Assembly: GCA_951406725.2 (NCBI GenBank)
Contig: OX597830.1
Coordinates: forward strand, 30,318,001-30,382,000
DNA length: 64,000 nucleotides
Direction of reading: 5' to 3'
Source: Octopus vulgaris
Lineage: Eukaryota
How positions within the stretch are numbered: the stretch's first letter is position 1; each line of letters starts with the position of its first letter. The notes below the pieces were generated by a model. The model worked only from the letters and a program-made list of their open reading frames with translations, did not search any database and had not been told where the DNA came from. The translations under genes and the position numbers were made by a program. Shown here one piece after another: positions 48,082 to 61,380 of this stretch.

Positions 48082-48462
48082 ACAGAAACTTGGACAATGC
48101 ACACGGCTATAGGAAAAATGAAAGACTTTGAGTTGTGGATCTTTTGCAGGCTTAGCAAGATAATCTGGTAAGTCACGGTATCAAATGCCTCAATACTAGT
48201 AAAGCTGAAAGCCAAGACAGCTATTTTCTAGAATCAAATCCACAAACCTCTCATAATTTGGTTATATAATGCGTCACATTTTACTGTCAGAGAGTCTTGA
48301 GTACAAGTAAGAGAGCAAGGGGTTGTCAAGAATGTTTGTGGACTGTCAGTATCAGAGAATGGACTCAGAATAAAAATTCCGGTCGATTGTGTGTATGCAG
48401 AACAGTAGATAGAGAACTGGATAGTCTTGCCAGCTGAACTTCAACAAAAGGAAGACACCTGA
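48082..48462 (+). pseudogene. RTE-clade LINE ORF 3' end remnant
   Basis: TETWTMHTAIGKMKDFELWIFCRLSKIIW*VTVSNASIL, FGYIMRH, SKRARG..WTVSIREWT; matches RTE C-terminal ETW..FE.W..R/HIMR/GKR.RG..W motifs. Confidence 0.8.
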
Positions 48463-48879
48463 CTGGTGGTTGATAAGTTTAACGGTCTTCGCATTGCACA
48501 AGTGTTTATCACAGCAAAAGTTCATGCTTTGGTGTATTTGTGCCACGCATTTTATTTATTTTTTTTTTTTTAGCACAATAACGACTCGAAAACTTTAAAG
48601 CTACAACAGAGAGTGGACACTGAAAGACGGCCACCTATGAAGTTCCCTCGCTCGTGAGGACAAACAGGAATACAATAGGTAGCAACTATCATGATTCTGC
48701 TGACGCCCACGTAACTGTGTCCTCCGAAGAAATATCTTATTTTTCTAAGAGGTCTTGCCATATTGGTGTAAGTACTTATCAATATGAGAGCTCATCATAA
48801 GAAGGCACTACGTCTTTAAACGGAAATGGAATAGATGGCAAAAGTCTGTCATGTTCAATAACAAAGTTTTCTGATATAA

Positions 48880-49129
48880 CAGTGGTTCTCAAGCGGGGTC
48901 CATTTGGCCCCTGGGGATCCATATAAGATTTTGTTATTAAAAGTCATGTTCAATAAATGGGTTATACATCTACAATGCTCAAAATATTTTAACAATTTCT
49001 TTTATACAATTCCTAATAATGTTTAATTATAGAAATATATGATTTTTTTTAATCATCGAAAGGCTAGGAGGGTCCATCCGAGTAAAATAGGAAAAGGGTC
49101 CTTAGACAAAGAATGGTTGAGAAACAATG
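48880..49129 (+). mobile_element. hAT-like MITE
   Basis: TIRs CAGTGGTTCTCAA..TTGAGAAACAATG; homologous copy at 3376-3718; no 8 bp TSD retained. Confidence 0.7.
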
Positions 49130-49940
49130 GGCAAAAGGAAGACGGCAGGATGATCTTCAAGGCCTTAGCTGATAGGCGAACCTTCTTTACACAATCACTA
49201 CGTATGTACATAGGCAGCAGGATCGGATTCATCGTATTTGATTCTCGAAAGGTCTGAGGCCACTGCATCACAACACAACACAAAGAAAGGAGATGAAGGC
49301 TACGACAGTAAAAACGACAGCCAAATATCTTAATCTACAAAGATCGTCATGCACAATTACAGTTAAAATCTTTTTAAAATGAGACAATGATTTCTAATAC
49401 AGCTGACATATATTGGTCACTTATACTGTATTACAGGCAGAAGACGATTGCAGTGGTAACGCTTCATACTCTGAACAAACTCTTGCGGATAAAGCTAAAT
49501 TTCTTGCTTATTCTTTATGGCTTCTGTTTTCATTGAAGCATGTGATGGATCTACCAGCGAGAAAAGCCAACCAGTGAGAAAATCAGTCAGACAGACACCT
49601 TTCACGTCTGACTTACCAACAATCTATCAATCACTCCGTGCAGTGTTGAAGTGTTTTAAGATCTCTTACTTATTAGACCAGGTTTTCTCATTTCCTCCAT
49701 CCTTTCTAAATACACACACACACACACACACATGCACACACATGCGCACACACAACACACATACACACACACACCACGCCACAAAACACTACAGACACAC
49801 GCACGCACGGACACAGATATAAAAGAATCATGCTGACGAGTACACGTACACAGAAACACACATACACAAATATATACATGTATGTATTTGTATGCATGTA
49901 CGAGAGGCATACACACACAAACATATATATACATGCATAC

Positions 49941-50013
<73 letters not shown>

Positions 50014-50388
50014 AATGTGTACACACACACGCACATACACACCCACATATACATGAGTTTAAACACACGCACACATACGCACATACGCGGTACAACTACC
50101 ACCACCGCCGCCGCTGCCACCACCACACACTATCTACTACTGCTACCACCTGGAACAAATTATCAAAGCACATGCGATTTTCACACCCCTACCTGGTTTG
50201 CTTTATTTTTCTTCTTCCTTTTTGTTATTATGATCTACAGGAGTTTCAACATAGAGATTCAACAATATTGTTTAAGCCCTCTTGCGCTTCCTCCCCCTAG
50301 TTCTCCGCTTTCAGTCCATCTCTTTATATCTCTCATTCTTATCTCTCTCTTTTCTCATTCTGTATTTTCCTTCCTTTATATCTCTCTC

Positions 50389-50536
<148 letters not shown>

Positions 50537-50887
50537 CCAACTTATTATCATTTAGTAATCTGTATATTCATCTATCTATATGACTATCTGTCAACTTTGT
50601 GGCTTGTATTTTCTTTACCCACCTCTTTCTTATTTTTTACTTTTATTTTTCCTGTGTCGAATTCACCCCTCGGGGTTCTATGTCGTATCTTTGGCGAAGA
50701 GCCATCGTAAATCACAAACACACGTTCAGACTCATACTTACATAGATAATACATACAAGCATACATGCAAATACATAATTACACACACTCACAGATACAT
50801 CCGCATATACATATATACACACACAAATGTACATATGTATATCAAAGCACATGCGCTTTTCACCCCACTACCTATGTGTGTATGTGT

Positions 50888-50937
<50 letters not shown>

Positions 50938-51249
50938 CGTGCGTGCGAGCGTGTGTAATAATGTCAAAATACGCAAAAAGATCATGAGCGTAAAGGACAA
51001 ATAAATACAAGGTTTAAAAAGATATGAAAATAAAATTACAATATGGCTACGATAGATAGAAACAACATGCATCCTGGAACATCAGGGATCGTCATTTAAC
51101 CATAACTTCTTTCCGCTGCCACTGTCTTTTTTGTATATTTTTTTTATTGTTTTCTTTTGTAATTTATTTTCCAGCATTTCCATAACCTCGACGACATAGC
51201 ATCGAAGAAACAATAAGCATACATGTGTTTGTGTGTAAGTGTATTGTAT

Positions 51250-51398
51250 GTATATTAAAATAAGAACGGTTAAAATTTAGGTACATTCACAAGTATAGCA
51301 TAAGATGGAAAGAAAATGTGCAAGATCACCTACGGGAATTGAAACACGTATCTGTCGGATAACGTACGACTATGATAACCATTACGCCAAAGTCGCCA
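51250..51398 (-). mobile_element. tRNA-like head of an unclassified short element
   Basis: Minus strand GGCGACTTTGGCGTAATGGTTATC..GTGTTTCAATTCCCG (A and B box spacing); not a complete cloverleaf. Confidence 0.5.
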
Positions 51399-52576
51399 GC
51401 TATTTTTTGTCCATCGAGTTTAGAACATGTATATATAATATTACAACAGCTGCCTTTGTTTACTTCCATTTGTAACGCACTAGCACGTAAACTTTGTTGG
51501 TATTTTTAAAAGACTCTTAGTCTCCATCTGGGAAGTTATGTATGCAGAGATACACACACGTGAGGTTGACTTCATATCGCAAGAGCTGGTGTCCCAGTTC
51601 GGTGCCATTGTGAAGCATCTTACGCAAGCGTTCAGTATTTTAATCACGGTTTCCCGAAAGTTTGGCTTAAAAATTGGAAAACGGATACTGTGCAGAGAAC
51701 TAGACGCTAAGAAGATTAAGTCTACTCGGCTACTAGACTTAATCCATTTTCCCCTTTCGCATCACCATCTCACTTTTGGGTGCCTTTTTCTGAAATCCAC
51801 TCGTTTGATGTCTCCGATCCCAAGATAACATCCTCTCCGTCCCACAAGTCTCACATCCCCTGTAAAGGATTATAGGTTCTACTTTCTCTCCTGATTAAAT
51901 GTTAAATGTATATGTTGGTAAAATTATTCCAAAATTATCACATGGAGCATTTTTTAATAACTCGAAACCACTGATGAGGGAAAACATTTAGTGTTACTTA
52001 TCGGATATACTCTATTTTCCACCATCAAAATTTACAGTCAAAATCGAGGTAGATCCATGTTGAATGCAGCAGGATTCTGAAAGATAGTGGCGATGTTTCA
52101 ATGTTTACACTGCATGGTTATACTGTATACTACGTCGGACTGTTTGCTTGAAAATATAGTGTGTGTCTCTCTCTGCGCAGTGCAGAGGCAAGTTACCTCC
52201 GCAAAAGCGTCGATTCGACAACCGTTTAATGAGTAAAATATCGATAGGTGAAACCGGTGCAGAAAACCGTCAAAGAAACTGCTCTTGTCCTCGTGTGATA
52301 GACTTAATATGTCGCCTAATGTATCACAACAACCCATATCTACTGCTTCTCTTTAGTGGAGTCTATACGACAAGAATTTTTGCAAGGTCTCCAATAAAAG
52401 AACACTTCCTTTTTTACGTTCCAGGAATTTCAGAAAGACTCTGAAATGCATCATCGATTCTGTTCTTTGTTCTCTGATTTTAGAAAATTGAAAGTGAGAG
52501 AGGAAACGACAGAGAAAAAGAGAGGACAGAGAGAGAAAAATAAAGAGAGAGAGTGTGTGTGTGAGAGAGAGAGAGA

Positions 52577-52670
<94 letters not shown>

Positions 52671-53687
52671 GAAAGACGTTTGCTTGTTTTTCTGTTTAAA
52701 ATATTTCTTTTGAAAACATGAACTAAGTTGACGTGTTTTTCTTGTCTATTTTTACTTCGAATTTTTTTTTATTTCTATCTATAAATTGTCTTTATGTATA
52801 TATATCCGTGCGTGTGTGTGTGTATGTATATATATATATTTAACATTTTGACGAACAAAAAGAAGCTTGTGTCTTCTGCTCTTTATTCTCGAGTTTATCT
52901 TTGAAAACAAAAAAAAATTAATCTAAACCAGTCTACAAAAATACAGTGGTCAAAATAGGTGCAACGATTTTGTTTCTTTTTTGTGTGTGCATGTGTAAGA
53001 ATGGATCTGTATGATTTGTAGGTCAGGCTAGATTATAATTAATGACGTAAGACTATTATTTTTCGAGATTTATCGTCGAGAAACTAACTCAACAATACTA
53101 ACCAGTCTTATAGGCGCCATCACGTATTGAATCATTTTGATACGCTTTTAATAAGTTAATCAAAATCGACTTGAATTTCTCTCTATGGCCACAAATTACA
53201 TTGGGATTAGAGGTTGTCTTTCTTCCATTCTTTCTCTTCTTTATGATTTATTCAATAGAGTTTGTACGCATGAGAATGTAATCAGTGTATGTATATATAT
53301 GTATGCTAGGGCGTCGAGAGGGGAGAGGACATTATTTACAAATAACGCATCCAATTTAAACAATACAATATACATTGACAAGTAATAATCATAGCGTTAT
53401 TTTGGAAATATCAAAACAGGATTTATATTAGTAGAGCAGCAGTGGATAACGAGATAGGCAACGGCCATCCGCATTGAAATACATACGTTGATATTAATTT
53501 AGATTCCCTTCTCTGCTTGACCATATTCTATAATTATATTCTTTAATTATAAACCGCCTAATAATGTCTCCATCTGGTGTGGCGTTGGTAACAAATTGCT
53601 GCAATAAGAATTCTTAGTATTATATATATATATATATATACATATATAGCTATAGATATATATTACACTTAGATAGATAGATAGATT

Positions 53688-53783
<96 letters not shown>

Positions 53784-55019
53784 TTCTTCACAGCTAACAT
53801 TAGTGATAGTAGATAGTAAACGGACCATCCTACACATAGATTCGTAATTATGTTAATCACTCAGTTTGGCAACAACTGTTAAGGGAGATAACTCACAAAC
53901 TTTCCGTCTACAAAAAAATTAAATGAAGATGTTCACAAAATATGGCTGATCTTTGAAAACTATGAAGAAAAGTGCGTTTCAGTTTTATTATACCTTTTCA
54001 AGTAACAGAAATCGAAGTATTTTTCTTTTACCTTGATTAAACTGAACTATCATCAAATATGTTTCACTTATGGCCATACCATCATTTTGGTGGCATAATG
54101 CAGTCATGTGTAAACGGAGTCTCATGAGATTTCCTGAGTGGTGTGCCAACCAAAAATTACCAGGAAATTTTTGGTAGCGTGACCCTCCTGATGATGAGTC
54201 ATGTTTCATATGACCCGCTTCATTGAAACGGCGGGCCGTGCCTGATATAATGTTACCAGGAATGCAGCATTCTGCTTTCATTTCTTTTCTTTATTTAAGA
54301 GGTTAGAGTATGGTTCAAGAAAGACTTGTATCCGGTCGAGCGACTCACTACAGGCTCTCTCTTTTGCCTGACTATACACCATGGTTTTTATTTAGCTCCA
54401 GGTCAGATTTAGTCACACAGAACTGTGATCAAAGGGATTTAAACCATGGCTTTCCCATATTTTTACTATATGCAAAGAAATGGTAGAATCGTGATGGCAA
54501 CAGATAGAATTCTTTACGATTTTTTGCTCCAGCTCCTTTATGCTTTGAGTTCAAATGCCTTTAAGATTAACCTTACCATTCATTTTGTCGAGGTCGATCA
54601 AAATGTAGGGTTTTAGATCGGCGGAACTCTAGACGTGGTTGGGTGATTTGCGGTATTTGAGTCAGTTCTTTGCTTTCTGACTTCAAGTCCCGCCATGGCT
54701 TGTGTATGTGGTAGACTTAGGCCATCACTTGATTTCACATCACTCCTTGGCATGTTGTGTTCCTTTAGCGGACTCCATTCTATGGAAAACATTAATTCAA
54801 GGTCTCATGGGTAAGGATACTGTCCTTCTTCCCTTCTTCCCACCATCTTGGATGCCCAGTAAATGTTTGCGGACACTATATTCCCTCATTATAAGACCAA
54901 GAAAAAGAAACTTAAGACAACATTATCTAATATATCATGTTTTAAAACGATAAGGTACTACTTGAAGATGATCTTGTTACTATTTCTAGCTTTCTGAACG
55001 AAGACATAGATGCCTCATT

Positions 55020-55314
55020 GTTGTTTTGTGTGTTCCTTCTCGAGCCACGCCTGGCTCATAGGGCCAGTTTCCCGGTTTCCTTGGCGTATAGGTTCCCCAC
55101 CTGAACGGTTCGCCGGTCCGTCGCAGGTGAGCTGAAAGAGTGAGAGAAAGTTGTGGAGAAAGATTCAGCAGAAGTTGGCCATTACCTTCTGCGGGAACTG
55201 CGTGGTGCTTAGGTGTTTCGTTCATAAACACACACATCGCCCGGTCTGAGATTCGAACCCACGATCCCTCGATCGCGAGTCCGCTGCTCTAACCACTAGG
55301 CCATGTGCCTCCAC
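55020..55314 (-). mobile_element. SINE head C + tail T2
   Basis: Minus-strand head GGAGGCACATGGCCTAGTGGTTAGAGCAGCGGACTCGCG..GGTTCGAATC; the tail matches 31560-31660. Confidence 0.85.
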
Positions 55315-56039
55315 AGATGCTCCGTAGTTAACCTATATACACGCCAACAGATTTTGCTGTGGTCACAGTCGAGAAAGACATGGAAACTGAGATCGTGTGC
55401 GATAGTTATTGTTCTCACATAACATAGTACGCGGAGATTATGTTTAAAAAGTATTAGCTATTGTTTTAGACAATTTAAAGAATGAAAAGTGTTGAGTCAT
55501 CGCACTTTTGTTTCCAATACGTGTATTGTTTCGTAAACTATTTTCATTATTCAATTCATACTACAGCCTTAATAATCTTTCTTCTTTACCAGGCATGTTA
55601 AATTAAGGATTATCTCATTTAGTATTGTCATTCACTTTTAAGACAATACTGAAATATTCCAATAAGGTTTTCTTTAAATTTTTAGCACTTATGGACAAGG
55701 TTGAGTGTCTTTATCTGTATAGACACAGTAAAGAATACAGTGCAGCTTCAAGTGCCTAATGGTCTGAATCAAATAATTGTGAAATATTTAAAGAATATTC
55801 TTTTCTGCAGATATTCATTAAAAATATTGCGAAAATACTCATTATCTAGGATTCAAATAACTATCAAATTCTGGCATCTCTACATTGAGAACAAAAATCA
55901 AGGGAGTGTACCCTACGATTGCATGCTTTGTTGGAAATAGCATGCAAATCTTCAAGTCATATCCTAGAATTTCAAAAGAGGATACATTGGTAAGAGAGCC
56001 TCAACAATAAAATAATAAGAAGAACAACAACAACAAATA

Positions 56040-56201
56040 GGCGCAGGAGTGGCTTTATGGTAAGTAGCTTGCTTACGAACCACATAGTTCCGGGTTCAGT
56101 CCCACTGCGTGGCACCTTGGTCAAGTGTCTTCTACTATAGCCTCGGAACGACCAAAGCCTTGTGAGTGGATTTGATAGACAGAAACTGAAAGAAGCCCGT
56201 C

Positions 56202-56292
<91 letters not shown>

Positions 56293-56496
56293 TGTCTCTG
56301 TTTTGTCCCCCCTCCCCCAACATCGCTTGACAACCGATACTGGTGTGTTTACGTCCCCATAACTTAGCGGTTCGGCAAAAGAGTTCGATAGAATAAGTAC
56401 TAGGCTTATAAAGAATAAGTCCTGGGGGTCGATTTGCTCGACTAAAAGGCGGTGCTCCAGCATGTCCACAGTCAAAATAACTAAAACAAGTAAAAG
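56040..56496 (+). mobile_element. SINE family A, full length
   Basis: GGCGCAGGAGTGGC..CCGGGTTCAGTCCC..(TA)n(TG)n..GGCGGTGCTCCAGCATG..AAACAAGTAAAAG. Confidence 0.93.
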
Positions 56497-57399
56497 GGGA
56501 TGGTCACGGCTGGAACGACTTTCCCCATTCTTCTGCTCGACAAAGCTGACCTGAAAAATAAACGGTATCAGCAATTAAAACAACAGCAGAAAATATATAC
56601 GAAGCAGAGTTTTACGAGTAGTTTTTCTTCTTTTTGGAGTTCCAAATACGCTTAGATTTCTTAATATGACATTAGAGCCGCCAGCATTAACATCGTGGAA
56701 TAGAGTTGCCTGTTTACAAGCTTTCTGCAATCGAAGTTGCAAAACGCGGCAAACAAAGCTACGGAATGAGCAGTACAAACAATGAAACGCTACTCTCCAA
56801 GGATACAATAATTGAATCACTAATTTCTATGATTATTTTCAATGTGTATTGTTTAATCATACAGTAACATTTGAACGATTACGAGATGTCTCCGGCTGCC
56901 AAGTTATTCTGGGAACTCTGATCTGATAACAGTCAATCCATCTTTTGAAATTAGTTAGATACGGGTCAATGCCATATAAGAATAGCATGGTGAAATCTCT
57001 AGTCGAATCAGAATATCTCAATCATGCGTGAAACAACACAACTTTGGCTGAACAAGGAAGGTGAAGTAAAGTTAGTTACAGCTGATCAATTAGAGCCGGC
57101 AGTATGATCTCCCTGTATAATCCTGTTGATGTCTGTTATGTTCCAGGTCATGCAGGATCTGAAGCTCTAAATACGATCAATTCATTGACTCCTCTGAAAT
57201 AAATGAACAGTTAAACGATAATCTGATATTGCAGTCAGCAAAAAGGAAAATGCTTCTACTTATACTTACATCATCAACACCTAATTTCCGCCGTGGACTA
57301 TTGGTCACGCTACACGATATACAAAATGATATCTAACACCTCCGACATCAGCGTTGTCATCATCGTCGCTGTTGTTATTATTATTGCTATTATTATCAA

Positions 57400-57918
57400 G
57401 GAGGTGAGCTGGCAAAATGGTTAGCACGCCGGGCTTAGCAGCATTTCGTCTGTCACTACGTTCTGAGTTCAAATTCCACTGAAGTCGACTTTGCCTTTCA
57501 TCCTTTCGGGATCGATTAAATAAGTACCAGTTACACACTGGGGTCGATATAATCGACTTAATCCGTTTGTCTGGCCTTGTTTGTCCCCTGTGTGTGTAGC
57601 CCCTTGTGGGCAGTAAAGAAATAGGTATTTCGTCTGCTGCTATGTTCTGAGTTCAAATTCTGCCGACGTCGACTTTGCCTTTCATCCTTTCGGAGTCGAT
57701 TAAATAAGTACCAGCTCCACACTGGGTCGATATAATTGACTTAATCCATTTGTCTGTCCCCTCTGTGTGTAGCCCCTTGTGGGCAGTAAAGAAATAGGTA
57801 TTTCGTCTGCTGCTACGTTCTGAGTTCAAATTCCGCCGACGTCGACTTTGCCTTTCATCCTTTTGGGATTGATTAAATAAGTACCAGTTACGCACTGGGG
57901 TCGATGTAATCGACTTAA
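57400..57918 (+). mobile_element. Family B SINE with its body tandemly repeated about three times
   Basis: One head, then units starting ATTTCGTCTG at ~57443, 57628 and 57800. Confidence 0.9.
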
Positions 57919-57977
57919 ATTTGAAGCTTTATGCTTCCAGTAGAAAGTATTATTATTACTATTATTATTATTATCAA

Positions 57978-58180
57978 GGCGCCGAGGTCGACTTTGCTCT
58001 TCATCCGTACCGGGGTCGATCTAATCGGTTGGCCCCCTCCCCAAAAATTTCGGGCATTGTGTGTAGAGTAGAAACTAATAAATTAAGTACCAGTGAGACA
58101 CTGGTTCGATATGATCGACTGTCCTCTTCCCCACAAGACCCAGCCAGGCCTTGTGCCTATAGTAAGAAGGATTATTATTA
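57978..58180 (+). mobile_element. Further family B SINE 3' fragments
   Basis: GCCGAGGTCGACTTTG..GGGGTCGATCTAATCG..GGCCTTGTGCCTATAGTA followed by (ATT)n. Confidence 0.75.
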
Positions 58181-58257
58181 TTATTATTATTGTTGTTGTT
58201 GTTGTTGTTATTGCTGTTGTTGTCATCATCATCATCATCACTAATACAACATTACTA

Positions 58258-58392
<135 letters not shown>

Positions 58393-58412
58393 TGTTATTA
58401 TTATTATTACTA

Positions 58413-58443
<31 letters not shown>

Positions 58444-58589
58444 TATTTTTTTACTATTATTATTATTTTTGTTGTTGCTGTTGTTGTTATCATTATGTTT
58501 TCTCAAGTATTTAACAAAATAAGTAAAATAAAATTAATAAAAAACTAATACTGTGGCTTTGTGGTAAAGAAAAATATAACAATAAGATT

Positions 58590-60245
58590 TCCCCAAGCAA
58601 CTTTACCGGTCCGTTCGTCCAGCGCCCAACGACGCTGTTGGGCGACAATCGACTTGCCCACCGACTTTTCCGGGTTAAGTTTTGCTCCTGTCAAATTTTC
58701 ATATTCCTCCAATGATGTGCTGATCACCTCGATTTATGAGGTGTTCGACACCATCATGGCGATGTCGTCCCCCGACGCGTATTATCTAGGTCAACCGTAC
58801 AGATTACAAGCTTGTGATCTTTATAAGCGACCGTTTTGAAAAGTGGACATCCTACACTATTACTGTCTATTTTCCTAGTGAAAATTTCTGTCTATATACA
58901 ATCTAGATGACGCTATGCGGTTGGTCCAATTCCACACTGACGCATTAGGTAAAAAAATCACATCAGTACTTGTCAGACAGTTGGAACTGGCTGATCAAGT
59001 GCTTGAGGTTTTATTGCACACCCCACCGCTTCTATCAGCTACTCTCATACAAACCCAGCGTGCGTCTAAGATGCCGTTCCAGTCCCCCAGTAACAGTAAA
59101 GAATGAGACGTACCCAGAAAGGCTTCCAGATGCCTACAGAAATCCGGCCGGTTGGCTCCCGTAGGGGCGTAGATGACTACCAGCCTAATGACACCAACTT
59201 CGCTGTTGCTCATGTCCAGAACCACCAGCTTACATGCTTCATAGCGAGGGCTTCCGACTTAAAAAGCACCGAAAGGGTGCCGTATTGTCTACTCCTCGCT
59301 ATCTACTCGGTGTCATCCTTATACATCTTAGCGCAGCTTCAATGTCTGCTTGTGCTATTAAAACCGCTTTCTTCGTCTCTGCTGAGATGCAACTAAACAG
59401 TAACGTTCTTTTTTCTACTGCTTCAATAGCTTCTGAAGGTTATGTTGGCCCAGGTTTGATCGTGTTTGATGAGTTTCCAGGCTTGGGCCAACTTTTCATC
59501 TTTATTTGCGAGATCTAGGCTGAATCGTGGCCTTATTATGGCTGCTGCCGCTGTGAAAGTGTCTTTGTTGCTGTTGTTGTTGTTGCCGTTGTTGTTGCTG
59601 GAAATATTGGTATCGTGCTTGTTGTTGCAGTTGCTGCTACTGTTGTTGTTGTTGTTATTGTTTTGGTTGTTGTTGTTGACCCCTTTGCTGTCGTTGTTGT
59701 TGCTGTTGCTATCGCTGCTACTGCTGCCGTTGCTGTCTCTCTTATTGTTGATGTTGCTACCATTGCAACTACTGCTACTACTAGTACTGGTTGTAGCGGT
59801 GGAAATAGTGTTTCGGCTTGTGTTGCTGTGTTTGTAATTTTCTTCTCTTGTTTCTGCGGATGTAAGGGGGAGAAAAGAAGGGAAATTCATTTTCATACGT
59901 TTCACGTGCACTATTGCTCTGATTTTTGCTGTTGTTGTTGTTGTTGTTGTTGTTGTTGCTGCTTCTGCTGCTACTGCTGCTGTTACTGCAGTCGCTACCT
60001 TGTTCAACTTAGTCGTTCTGTCTTGCAGATAACCCACTGTTCTTTTCGCTATCTTTGATTTTAGCAAAAAAAAAAATGAGGGAGCTATAACCCAAGCCAA
60101 TCCCAAAATAGCCCCCTAACGGCTACAAATGGGAAAGAACTAACCAGTTCCCCCAAGGTCCTGGTTTCTTTACCTGAGCAACAATAACAAATGTACACTG
60201 TAATACAATATAATAGCAAAACTTCGAGCACGTGTCGATAGGCGA
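58590..60245 (-). mobile_element. Internally deleted L1/Tx1-like LINE (5' region, APE endonuclease, RT C-part)
   Basis: IRLVVIYAPTG..LLLGDWNGILD, WNWTNR and YKDHKLV (APE motifs) are joined at ~58780 to GDDIAMMVS..LEEYENLTGAKLNPEKS (RT). Confidence 0.85.
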
Positions 60246-60280
60246 ACAACAACAACAACAATAACAACAACAACAACAAC

Positions 60281-60391
<111 letters not shown>

Positions 60392-60417
60392 GACAGTTGT
60401 CGTCATCATTATCATCG

Positions 60418-60449
<32 letters not shown>

Positions 60450-60700
60450 GGTATTATTATGACTACTACTCTTGTATCTAATTTATTCTTCTTTACGTCA
60501 CGATCGCCATTGTGCTCCTTACAAAGCAGCGTTTCAGTTGTAGGATATTTTCACACGTAATTAAAAAAGGAAATCGGCCTAGATTTTAATAGGTTTTTTT
60601 TCACCATTGAATTAACAGATTGTATCAATTGTGTAACAAAGAGCAAATTATTTTCTATCAAACTGTGCTATAGGTGTGGTAATAGCGATATATATATATG

Positions 60701-60834
<134 letters not shown>

Positions 60835-60911
60835 TCATACATGCATATACATAGACACACACATATACATATATATAAGCATGTGTGTATCTATATATGC
60901 ATATATGTATA

Positions 60912-61070
60912 GGCACAGAAGTGGGTGTGTGGTAAGTAGCTTGCTTAGCAACCACATGGTTCCAGGTTCAGTCCCACTGCGTGGTACCTTGGGCAAATGA
61001 CTTCTGTGAGTGGATTTGTGAGTGGATTTGGTAGACGTAAACTGAAAGAAGCCTGTCGTATATATGTATA

Positions 61071-61108
<38 letters not shown>

Positions 61109-61325
61109 TGTGTGTGTGTGTTTGTGTGTCTGTGTTTTTCCCCCAACATTGCTTGACAAACCGATGCTGATGTCTTTACGTCCCCGTAACTTAGCGGTTC
61201 GGCAAAAGAGACCGATAGAATAAGTACTAGGCTCACAAAGAATAACACCTGGGGTCGATTTGCTCGACTAAAGGCGGTGCTCTAACATGGCCGCAGTCAA
61301 ATGACTGAAGCAAGTAAAAGAGTAA
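60912..61325 (+). mobile_element. SINE family A, near full length
   Basis: Colinear with 56040-56496, with a small internal deletion and duplication. Confidence 0.9.
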
Positions 61326-61380
61326 GCGTGTGTGCGCGCACTTACGGGTGCATGTATATACAAAAATGTAATATAACATA

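Noticed and set aside
51968-52030. CTGATGAG-GGAAAA..TTTTCC hammerhead candidate
   Set aside because: No GAAA follows the stem
55972-56574. 200 aa ORF
   Set aside because: Antisense read-through of a family A SINE and its microsatellite
57443-57918. CRISPR-like repeat array
   Set aside because: Units are whole SINE bodies without unique spacers; eukaryotic context and no cas genes
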